From an uncultured Bacilli bacterium (lineage in GTDB: Bacteria; Bacillota_I; Bacilli_A; RF39; UBA660): 64,000 bases of DNA. The stretch is taken from positions 33,414 through 97,413 of the forward strand of contig CAKPLN010000005.1 in assembly GCA_934167665.1 (NCBI GenBank), in the 5' to 3' direction. The first letter of the stretch is position 1. Each line of letters opens with the position of its first letter. The notes beneath the pieces are model-generated. The model was given only the letters and a program-made list of their open reading frames with translations. It was not told where the DNA came from and ran no database searches. This document shows positions 18,810 to 27,937 of the stretch, piece after piece. A program made the position numbers and the translations under genes.

Positions 18810-20072
18810 CTATCTCTCATTTAAAACTTTCATAACAGCACTCATTAATCCTATTTTACCATACTGATAAGTCAAAGCTCCTTGCATATAGGCAATATAA
18901 GGTTCTCTAATTGGTCCATCACATGAAAGCTCTATTGAAGATCCTTGCGTAAAAGCTCCACTAGCCATAATAACCTGACTATCATATCCTGGCATATCTG
19001 AAGGTTCAACTATCGCATTAGAGTCAATCGGTGAAGCTTCCTGAATTCCTCTTGTAAATTCAATTAATTTATTAGGATCATGAAAGATAATATTTTGAAC
19101 AATATCAACACGTTCATCATTATATTTTGGTTCAACATCAAAACCAAGCTCCTCCATAACCTTACTAGTCAAAACAGCCGTTTTTAAAGCTGAAGCAATA
19201 ACTGATGGAGCCATAAATAATCCTTGTAAAATTTGCTTGTTAATGCCGAGTGTAGGTCCAACTTCCTTACCACAACCAGGAACTGTTAATCTTTCAGCAC
19301 ATAATTCTATTAAGTCTTTTCTACCCGCAATATAAGCACCATTTGGTGCAATACCACCACCTAAATTTTTAATAAGTGACCCAACAATTACATCAGCCCC
19401 AACACTAAGAGGTTCACTTCTGCTAACAAATTCACAATAACAGTTATCAACCATAATGATTACATCTTTATCAATGTCCTTAATAAGCTTAATAACTTTC
19501 TCTAGCTTCGCTAAATTTAAACTCTTTCTAGTAGAATATCCTTTACTACGTTGAATTTCTACAACTTTAACCTTATTATTTCTAATAAAATCAGCAATAT
19601 TTTCATAATCAAAATCATCATTAACTAAATCTATTTGACTATATCTAATTCCATAACTTTTTAAAGAACTAGCATTTTCTCTAATACCAATAACTTCATC
19701 TAAAGTATCATATGGTTTACCACAAATACTCAAAAGCAAATCATTAGGTCTTAATAAAGCAAAAAAACATACCGTAAGTGCATGACTACCTGAAATAAAT
19801 TGACTACGAACTAAAGCATCTTCTGCACCTAAAACATCCTTAAAAACATCCTCAATTGCGTCTCGTCCAATATCATTATAACCATATCCTGTAGTAAGAC
19901 CAAAATGAACCTCAGATATCTTATTCTTATGAAAACTACTTAGTACTTTTAAACTATTAAAAGCACAATCCTCATCAATTTTAGAAAATTGTTCTAAACA
20001 TTCTTTCTCACACTTATTAACTAATTCAACTACTTCTGAAGAAATATTTAAACTACTATACATAAAAATCAC
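18810..20072 (-). CDS. YnbB/aluminium-resistance family PLP-dependent enzyme (methionine gamma-lyase-like)
   Basis: 420 aa with PLP-fold-type-I-like composition; the N-terminal region is typical of the family. Confidence 0.55.
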   Translation of the reverse strand: MIFMYSSLNISSEVVELVNKCEKECLEQFSKIDEDCAFNSLKVLSSFHKNKISEVHFGLTTGYGYNDIGRDAIEDVFKDVLGAEDALVRSQFISGSHALTVCFFALLRPNDLLLSICGKPYDTLDEVIGIRENASSLKSYGIRYSQIDLVNDDFDYENIADFIRNNKVKVVEIQRSKGYSTRKSLNLAKLEKVIKLIKDIDKDVIIMVDNCYCEFVSRSEPLSVGADVIVGSLIKNLGGGIAPNGAYIAGRKDLIELCAERLTVPGCGKEVGPTLGINKQILQGLFMAPSVIASALKTAVLTSKVMEELGFDVEPKYNDERVDIVQNIIFHDPNKLIEFTRGIQEASPIDSNAIVEPSDMPGYDSQVIMASGAFTQGSSIELSCDGPIREPYIAYMQGALTYQYGKIGLMSAVMKVLNER

Positions 20073-20078
20073 CTACTA

Positions 20079-20834
20079 TTAATTATACTTTCCACCATCA
20101 ACTTTAATTATTGAATCATTAACATAGCTTGCCTTACTACTAGCCAAAAATAACACAACTGAACTAATCTCATCAGGATTGGCAAATCTCCCTAATAATA
20201 TTTTATCTCTTTCATTTTGAATTTGTTCAATAGATAAATCCTTATTCATATCTGTTTTAACCCAACCAGGGCAAACACAATTAACATAAATATAAGGTGC
20301 AAATTCTAAGGCCAAATTATGAGTAAGTGAAATAACACCCGCCTTAGAAGCATCATAGTCGCAGCTTTCAGGATAATAACTATCTACTGCATTAGTAGAA
20401 GAAATATTAATAATTTTACCATTCTTATTTTCAAGCATAATCTTTCCAACATACTTACTGCAAAGATAAGTACCTATCAAATTAACATCAAGAATTCTTC
20501 TAAAATCTCGTATACTTTTATCAAGTAACAAATTATCACGACAAATGCCAGCATTATTAACTAAAATATCTATCTTACCAAAACGATCTACAATAGCATC
20601 TACCATACTACAAACATCTTCTTCATTAGAAACATCACACTTAGCAAGCATTACATCAACATCATAATTATTTTTAATATAATTCTCAAGTTCTAAAGCT
20701 TCTTCATCATTATGACAATAATTAATAACTACATCAACTTTTGCTTTAGCAAAACCTAATACTATACTCTTTCCAATTCCCCTACTACCACCAGTAACAA
20801 GAGCCACCATCTTTTTCATATAACACCTACCCAA
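20079..20834 (-). CDS. SDR-family oxidoreductase (FabG-like)
   Basis: VALVTGGSRGIG Rossmann motif, NNAG, catalytic YDASKAG. The true start is probably the internal MKKMVALV. Confidence 0.85.
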   Translation of the reverse strand: MGRCYMKKMVALVTGGSRGIGKSIVLGFAKAKVDVVINYCHNDEEALELENYIKNNYDVDVMLAKCDVSNEEDVCSMVDAIVDRFGKIDILVNNAGICRDNLLLDKSIRDFRRILDVNLIGTYLCSKYVGKIMLENKNGKIINISSTNAVDSYYPESCDYDASKAGVISLTHNLALEFAPYIYVNCVCPGWVKTDMNKDLSIEQIQNERDKILLGRFANPDEISSVVLFLASSKASYVNDSIIKVDGGKYN

Positions 20835-20898
20835 AGACTCATAAATACAATAACAATTTTACAATAAATCAGCAAAATCAGCAATACAAAAGATATCA

Positions 20899-21340
20899 AG
20901 AACAGAAGATAAATTTTTAATTTGGCATTTTACAATACAAATTAGCATCTTCACTTTGTAGGTAAGGCTTCTTTATTCTCCATAAGTTTAAAACGAAATT
21001 CTTTTACTATTCCATATTTTCATTTATCTAAGTATTTTAATAATACATTTTTAGGCCTTCAAACATAATATTTATTAATTATTTCTTTACAATAGTAGTA
21101 CTTATAATCATTAAACTTATTTTTTTATGTTTCTATAACATCCTATATCAACTAATCCAATTTCAAATAATCACCTTTAGTATTTACAAAGTTAAATTCT
21201 ATATTGTTATATTCTTTGTTATTATATGTACTTTTAAAGTATACATTTTTATAACTTTATTTATTAAATTTGACATTAAATCTAGTGTAATTACCACATT
21301 TAAAAAAATAGTTTTTTAAAAATGTTTTCCAAATTAAAAA
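20899..21340 (-). pseudogene. decayed 3' relic of the IS605-family tnpB element (right end plus tnpB 3' portion)
   Basis: AGAACAgAAGAtAAATTTTTAATTTGgC at 20899 and CCTTCAAACATAATATTTAT match the intact copy at 13122-14200. No intact ORF remains. Confidence 0.55.
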
Positions 21341-21374
21341 GGTCACTACCTATAGTCAGGAATAATGACCTTTT
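21336..21374 (-). terminator. terminator hairpin downstream of the 884-aa pilin-like gene
   Basis: AAAAGGUCA...UGACCUUUUUAAUUU on the minus transcript. Confidence 0.5.
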
Positions 21375-21393
21375 AATATGTAATATTGTATAA

Positions 21394-23996
21394 CTAACGT
21401 TTGTTACGGATAATAACTATACCAGAACCGCCAGAAGCGCCACAATTACCATAATAATCTCCACCGCCGCCTCCACCAGTGTTAGCTGTACCGCTTGCAG
21501 GGCCAGAACGACAGTAGCCACAATTATCGGATGTTCCACCTTCACCAGCTGAGCATCCTCGGCCTCCGCCACCGTTGCCACCAGAGCCGCCGCCCCAGCC
21601 GCCTCCGCCGCCTCCGCCGCCGTAGAATTTACTTCCAGAACCAAATTCACGTACACCAGAGCCACCAGAGCCACCACCATCAGGACTACGGCTTCCACCT
21701 CTTCCTGTACCAGCACCACCTGCACCATTACCGTATTGACCGGCATTGCCGCCTGATGCACTCCAACCAAAAGCAGTAGTTGTTCCGCCGTTGTTTCTAG
21801 GAGAGCCACCGTTTCCTATACTAATATAATATGATTGAGAAGTTGAAACATTTGTCGTGAAGGTTTGTGTATAACCGCCACCACCTCCACCTTGGCGACC
21901 ACCTCCGCCGCCTCCAACTAGGAAAACATTAATTCCATCAGAAGCCTTATTTAAATCACCAAAGGTTAAAGTACCACTAGTTAAAAGTCTTATTTTCCAA
22001 TTTCCAGACCAATTACTAGTATTAGATATCCTATTATCATTATCATCCACAATTTCATATCTTCCAGTATAAGAGAACTTAGGTATTGAACCTAGACTGA
22101 CACTAAATCTTCCTGAATTACAACTATTAGTATTTCCAGCAGCATCTTTTACATAACCATACCAAGTAATACCACTAGTTGAACCTTGAGTTGCAGATGA
22201 TGTTCCATTATAACTTGCACTACTACTCGTAGTTAATCCATAGGAAGCTACACCAGATAAACTATCACTCGTACTTATACTAACTGTAACATTAGACGTA
22301 TATGCATTACCAGAACCCGAACCAGATAAACTAATCCTACAACTAGGTGCCGTTTTATCTAGCTTAATACTTGTACTAGCTGAACTAGAACAATTGCCTG
22401 CATAATCACATGCCCTAGCATAATAAGTATATGAGCCTTCACTAGAAATAGAAAGATTAACACTTTTATCTATATTAGCAGAAGCTTGTGAACCAGAAAT
22501 AGTAGTCCAACTTGAGTTATTAGTTGAGTATTGGATACTTGCTAATCCAGAAGTCTTATCATTTGATCTTACCGATATATTATAGTTAGAATTGAACCAT
22601 TTATTGTTATTAGTATTTGTAATTGTAGGAGTACTTGGAACGTCCTTATCAATCTTTACTACTGTCTGATTTGAAGCAGAACAATTACCTGCATAATCAC
22701 AAGCTCTAAAATAATAAGAATAAGCACCAGCATTAGAAGCTGTAACACTAGATGTCTTAGAAGTGTTAGCAGAAGCTTGTGAACCAGAGATTGTAGACCA
22801 ATTTTTACTATCTGTTGAATATTGAATACTAGCTAAACCAGACAAATTATCTTTTGAAGTAGCAGTAATCTGATAATTTTTATTAACCCATTTATTGCTA
22901 TTTGGATTACTAACAGTTGGAGCACTTGGTAAAGTCTTATCAATCATGATAGTATTTTTAGCCGGCTCTGAACAATTATCAGCATAGTCACATGCCCTTA
23001 TCTCAACTAACTCATTTCGTTCGGCCGTAAACGGCGTCGTAATAAATGAATTACCAGCCGAGTTATTATATTTAACCCACTTATTAGCACTATTTGGATA
23101 ACGATATTCATAAAACATTACACCAGAATGTTCATCATTAGATGACACTCCAATTACATATTTATTAGTATTAACATAGCTAGCATTAGCCCATACTCCA
23201 TTGTAACTATTAGTTAAAACTGGCGTTACAGGATTAGTATTATCAAATTTTAACTTATCATCTGACCAGACATCACTAGCAAAACGGCCACGAACATCAA
23301 TTACATCATCACCATCTACAAAGAAATAGTATTCGCCATTTAATCCACTTTCAGTAATTGTATATGTTAATTCTTTCTCGCCATTGTCATTTCTAAAATT
23401 ATATTCTTTAAAATTAGTTGGTTCCTGATTCCTTACAGAACTCCATCCATAACGAATGCTTGTATTTGCATTAAGCCCTTCTTGAGCAGTAATTTTAAAT
23501 GTTATGTTCTTAGACTTAGACCAATTATTATTACCACCTACATCTTTAACAGTAACCTTAATAGTCGGCAAAGCAGAAACCGTATCATTACACCTTGAAG
23601 CTGTTTGATTATAAACAACATTATCATCTTTTGTACAGTATAAAGCTATCTCATACTTATACTTACCACCATCCCTTACAACATGAACATATGACTTATT
23701 ATCATCACACACTACGCCATCAGTAATATAATTTTTAATTAATGACTTAGAGCGCAAATCTCCATATGATATGTCATAACAGCCATCACCCGTAATACCA
23801 AATAAATCATTGGAATATGAATCAATATATAGCTTACCAGCATCTTCCATTCTATCAGCATAAGTTTCAAACTTTTTATTACGATTTCTAGCCTGTAACT
23901 GTTGAACACCTGGAAGAGCCAACACAGTTATAATTCCAATTATTGTAATAACAACTAAAAGTTCTACTAAAGTAAATCCCTTTTTCTTATTCTTCA
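21394..23996 (-). CDS. giant pilin-like protein with type IV prepilin N-terminus, three tandem RACDYAGNCS modules and a Gly-rich C-terminal tail
   Basis: The probable start is MKNKKKG|FTLVELLVVITIIGIITVLA (class III signal with Glu at +5). There are about 95-aa repeats. The C-terminal roughly 190 aa is Gly/Ser/Asn-rich (GGGGGGRQGGGGGG...GGGGGGGGWGGGSGG) and encoded by a GC-rich stretch. Confidence 0.6.
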
Positions 23997-24071
23997 TATA
24001 ATCCCTATATCTCCTATCATTTCTAACTATCATCTTTATCAATATCAACTGCTACATCATCATTTACCATA

Positions 24072-24725
24072 TCATTCAGGATTAATTATAAGAGAAGTTG
24101 CATAACGTTTATTATTAATTTCTTTAAATTTAAATTCAAACTTCACAGTTATATTTTTATCAACTAACACTCTAGAAGCATTACCAGTTATTGTGTTTCC
24201 TGAAACAGTCAAAGAATCAAATTCAACATCACTTTTTGGTAAAACATATGGTATAAATAAAATATAGCAACTATTAGAGTCCAAATCAGAACATTTCAAA
24301 TCATCAGTAAGTGCCTCATAAGTAAATTCCTCCTTAGAAGTCAACTTAGAAAAACTATAACCATTATTTAAAGATTTAGTTGCACTATCACCTAAGTTAT
24401 TTCTAACAAAATTAACATAATCTCCATACTTAGCAAAATAATATCTATCACCATCAACACTAATATATCTATCAGTAAAATCATAATTACTATAAAAATA
24501 TGTATCAAAATATGGATAATTAGGATCTAATAAATTTTGAGCCCCAGGAGAAGTCTCAGATAGTACTATTGAAAATAGCTTATCAACTTTAAAATCAGTT
24601 AAAACCTTTTGTGGATCAATACTTTTAGATTTCTCATAATCACAAAATGCATATAACAAACAAGAACCAATCAATAAAGCAGCAGAAATATAAACTATCA
24701 TTGCTTTTTTATTATTTTTCTTCAT
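24072..24725 (-). CDS. hypothetical N-terminally anchored extracytoplasmic protein (217 aa)
   Basis: Signal/TM MKKNNKKAMIVYISAALLIGSCLLYAF. Lies 75 bp upstream of the 884-aa pilin-like gene, probably in the same operon. Confidence 0.45.
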   Translation of the reverse strand: MKKNNKKAMIVYISAALLIGSCLLYAFCDYEKSKSIDPQKVLTDFKVDKLFSIVLSETSPGAQNLLDPNYPYFDTYFYSNYDFTDRYISVDGDRYYFAKYGDYVNFVRNNLGDSATKSLNNGYSFSKLTSKEEFTYEALTDDLKCSDLDSNSCYILFIPYVLPKSDVEFDSLTVSGNTITGNASRVLVDKNITVKFEFKFKEINNKRYATSLIINPE

Positions 24726-25001
24726 AATTTTCCTCCCAAAATAGTAACAAAATCACAATAAATAAAAATTTTATATGTAAGCAAAAAAAACTTCAACAAC
24801 TCTTCCTTATCATTACTACCATAATTAATATATTAACACAAAAACACAATAAAATATATACAATTTTAAATGTATATTGATTCCTTGTTTAAAAATAAAG
24901 AAATATCAATTAAAAATTCTAAATACACATCTTAAAAAACAACAATTACACGGACATGAAGTGATTAAAAAATTAAAATTTAAAAATAAAATTCATCTTT
25001 A

Positions 25002-25400
25002 TATAAAAATAAAAAACCACTAGTTCAACTAGTGGTTTTTAAGTAACCCTATAAAGGTATGTTAATGGCAAACTCCACATGGAGTTTTTTAGATCGGCCA
25101 ACTGCCTTTTACACCTACCCCCTTAAAAGGGTCTTGATATTCTTTTATATTTCTTTCATCAGATATTTTATCTTCAATTTCTTGATTTTTTATATAATTT
25201 TTTATTGTTTGCTTATTTAGCCCACAGTACTAACATAATATCCTTTTGCCCAAAAAGCTCTTTGACCATATTAATATTTCAAATTTGAATGATTATCAAA
25301 TATTATTGATGCACTCTTATCTTTTAGGAATCCCATAAATTGTGATATACTCAACAGTCAAACATAATAAAATAGAGAATGAATTCTCATTCTCTATTTT
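25002..25400 (-). mobile_element. internally deleted IS200-like element (MITE-like) with terminal hairpins
   Basis: Palindromes at 25002-25031, 25061-25080 and 25369-25400 flank tnpA fragments. Confidence 0.45.
25092..25358 (-). pseudogene. IS200/IS605-family tnpA (Y1 transposase) relic, frameshifted and internally deleted
   Basis: Minus-strand fragments translate to LSISQFMGFLKDKSAS, GYYVSTVG and KQTIKNYIKNQEIEDK...EYQDPFKG, which are hallmark IS200 TnpA segments. Confidence 0.5.
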
Positions 25401-26079
25401 ATTCAACTGCATTAATAATGACTTTACTAGAATCGAACTTACCAACATCACCAATATCAAGATCATAAGTCAACTCTTCTTTAGTAGCATCATCAATTGT
25501 AAAATACTTTGTAGCAACAGCTTTATTATTATCATAAAAAACAATATAAGCATATAAATACTTTAATGATACACCTGAATTATTTATTACTTTTACTGTA
25601 TATATATCACTATTTTGACTAGTCTCAAAATTTATTTTGTCCTTAACTAAAGAAACAAAAGATTCATTAGCATCAGTCGCCTTAACTTCAACCTTAATAC
25701 TTTTAACTCTATCAAGATCTACATTTACATTACTTATAATTTCATCACCTGAATTAACCATACCCGCCCATTGTCCATTACGAGCAATCTCTTCACCTGA
25801 TTCATCATAAAGAACAGTATCAATATTCAAAGCATTATATTTTTTTTGACCACTAATATATACATTTAAAATACTATTATTACTATAAGGTTCAAGTCGC
25901 ATAGTAAAATCTTTATTAACAAGTTCCACAGTATAATTTCCAATCGTAACAATATTACTAGTATCACTCGTTTTATCATTGTCTTTATTAGCATCCTTAT
26001 TATTTACCATAAAAAAGCCAGCTATACCAATTAAGGTAATTCCAAGTACTACAAGAACTATACTTATTTTTTTAGCCAT
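25399..26079 (-). CDS. hypothetical N-terminally anchored extracytoplasmic protein (226 aa)
   Basis: TM MAKKISIVLVVLGITLIGIAGFFMV. Lies 13 bp downstream of the 616-aa pilin-like gene and is followed by a palindromic terminator. Confidence 0.45.
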   Translation of the reverse strand: MAKKISIVLVVLGITLIGIAGFFMVNNKDANKDNDKTSDTSNIVTIGNYTVELVNKDFTMRLEPYSNNSILNVYISGQKKYNALNIDTVLYDESGEEIARNGQWAGMVNSGDEIISNVNVDLDRVKSIKVEVKATDANESFVSLVKDKINFETSQNSDIYTVKVINNSGVSLKYLYAYIVFYDNNKAVATKYFTIDDATKEELTYDLDIGDVGKFDSSKVIINAVE

Positions 26080-26092
26080 AATATTTTCCTTT

Positions 26093-27865
26093 CTAATATT
26101 TATAACAATACGTATTGTTTAACTTTGTACCACCATTACATACTTTATCGCAACCATAAGAACATGTATTAGAACCACAAGTTCCATAACTACTACAAAC
26201 ACTAGACCAGCTTATAGAAGCACAGTCATGGCCATTGCAAGAGTAACCGCAACCCATAGAAGAAGAGCAATAACCATTACAACTACAAACTCTACTCCAA
26301 CTAACACAACAAGAATATGTATTATCACTTCCATAATAACAACCACTACAATTAGCATCAGAAGTATTGTAAATTTGAATAGAAGAAGAAGCAACATTTC
26401 CAGCATTATCTTTTATACTTACTGTAAAATTACCCTTTTGTAGAGATAACTCTGAAGCAGTAGATCCATTACTCCAAAGATAATATCCACTCGCAACACC
26501 ACTTGTAGAATCAGCATGACTATCAGTATAAATTTTACTAGTATTTGCTAATAATCTAAATGTTGGGGCAACTGTATCAATCTTTATAGGTTGATCAGCA
26601 CAACTTGCCACATTACCAGTTTCATCTTTTACATATCCACGCCAAATTGTAGACTTTGTATCTCCTTGTACAGCACTAGTCGCATTATTAGAATATATAG
26701 GTGTTGTACTCGTTGTAAAGCCATAAGATACTGGACTACCTACTGCTGTTACAACATTTGAAGTGTTATTAGTAACATTAATACTCATAGTAACTTTGGA
26801 CTTATACCAACCATTTTCTCCATCTGGTGTTGGTATACTTCTTACTATTGTACAACTTGGAGCTGTTTTATCAATCTTAATCATACTCTTAACTGGCTCA
26901 GAACAATTACCAGCATAATCACATGCTCTAACTTCAACATATTCACTACGCTCTTTTGAAAAAGCAGAAGTAGTAAATACAGAATCATCCCCTGGTTGTT
27001 TTGAAGAATTTTCCCATTGAGTCCAATTTCTTTCCGACTCATCATTTGAATTTGGATATCTATATTCAAAGTAGGCAATACCAGACACATTATCAACAGA
27101 TTTAATTGTTATTTTATAACTATTATTAGTCCAAGTATTTTCATAAGGATTATTAATTACTGGTGTACTAGGTACAGTTCTATCAATTTTATAATCAACA
27201 GAACAAGTAGTTTTATTACCAAATATATCAGAAATTTCTATTTCTCCACTCTTACCTTCCTCAGTAAATGTTTTTGAATATGTAGGTTGATCACATCTTG
27301 CACTACCATTTGGAAGACAAGCAATCTCAACTAATGATGAATCATTAGAAGTCCAATCAACAAGAGTAGGATTCTGCTCTCCGCAAATTGGCCCATCAGT
27401 ATCATCTGTTCCATCTTCACATGGTGATACACTACCATCATCTCTATAAATTGCACAATTTTCATAATCAACACATTTAATTTGAATTTTATATTTATAT
27501 GTTGCTAAAGTTGCCATAGATTGATCACTTTCCATACAACCATAAACTTTATATTCGCACTCCTTACTGTTGTCAGTAGGATCTGTTAAAGATTCAATAT
27601 ACTTATAACTCTTTAATAAATTATCGCTTCCTTCAATATCAGAATAGCCATTACTACACTTATTCAAAAATTTATTTTCATCAAGTACGTAGTTTCTAGC
27701 CCCATCATAAATACTTTTTTCCATCGTTTCATAAGCCTGCTTTCGACTCCTAGTAATATAACGAGTAACACTTGGAATAGCAACAGCTGTCAAAATGCCT
27801 AAAATGACTACTACAGCTAATACTTCTATTACTGAAAAGCCTTTATTATTACTTTTAAACTCCAT
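26093..27865 (-). CDS. giant pilin-like protein with type IV prepilin N-terminus, one RACDYAGNCS module and a Cys-rich C-terminal tail
   Basis: The probable start is MEFKSNNKG|FSVIEVLAVVVILGIL; the ATG at 27865 is preceded by GGAGTG. Shares EVRACDYAGNCSEPVKSMIKIDKTAPS with the 884-aa protein. The last roughly 85 aa contain more than 20 Cys. Confidence 0.6.
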   Translation of the reverse strand: MEFKSNNKGFSVIEVLAVVVILGILTAVAIPSVTRYITRSRKQAYETMEKSIYDGARNYVLDENKFLNKCSNGYSDIEGSDNLLKSYKYIESLTDPTDNSKECEYKVYGCMESDQSMATLATYKYKIQIKCVDYENCAIYRDDGSVSPCEDGTDDTDGPICGEQNPTLVDWTSNDSSLVEIACLPNGSARCDQPTYSKTFTEEGKSGEIEISDIFGNKTTCSVDYKIDRTVPSTPVINNPYENTWTNNSYKITIKSVDNVSGIAYFEYRYPNSNDESERNWTQWENSSKQPGDDSVFTTSAFSKERSEYVEVRACDYAGNCSEPVKSMIKIDKTAPSCTIVRSIPTPDGENGWYKSKVTMSINVTNNTSNVVTAVGSPVSYGFTTSTTPIYSNNATSAVQGDTKSTIWRGYVKDETGNVASCADQPIKIDTVAPTFRLLANTSKIYTDSHADSTSGVASGYYLWSNGSTASELSLQKGNFTVSIKDNAGNVASSSIQIYNTSDANCSGCYYGSDNTYSCCVSWSRVCSCNGYCSSSMGCGYSCNGHDCASISWSSVCSSYGTCGSNTCSYGCDKVCNGGTKLNNTYCYKY

Positions 27866-27890
27866 AAAATCACTCCATCCTATTACAAGA

Positions 27891-27899
27891 ATTATACCA
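27891..27899 (-). promoter_or_regulatory. extended -10 promoter (TGgTATAAT) for the 616-aa pilin-like operon
   Basis: TGGTATAAT on the minus strand between the ileS terminator and the GGAG RBS. Confidence 0.45.
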
Positions 27900-27910
27900 T
27901 ACCTACAATC

Positions 27911-27937
27911 AAAAAAAAAAGAGTCAAACTCAGACTC
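27911..27937 (-). terminator. ileS rho-independent terminator overlapping the stop codon
   Basis: AGAGUCugaguuuGACUCU followed by U10. Confidence 0.65.

Noticed and set aside
21417-21809. Two overlapping ORFs (130 aa minus, 94 aa plus) made of Ala/Val/Glu or His/Arg/Gln runs
   Set aside because: They are alternative-frame readings of the GC-rich Gly-codon tract of the 884-aa gene. The periodic GGN codons give open frames in all phases.
25342-25557. 71-aa plus-strand ORF
   Set aside because: It overlaps the IS200 relic hairpins and the 3' end of the 226-aa gene and has low complexity.
26212-27096. Small ORFs (64, 71 and 71 aa) inside the 616-aa pilin-like gene
   Set aside because: They are alternative frames of the Cys-rich (TGT/TGC) tail and the interior of a supported CDS.
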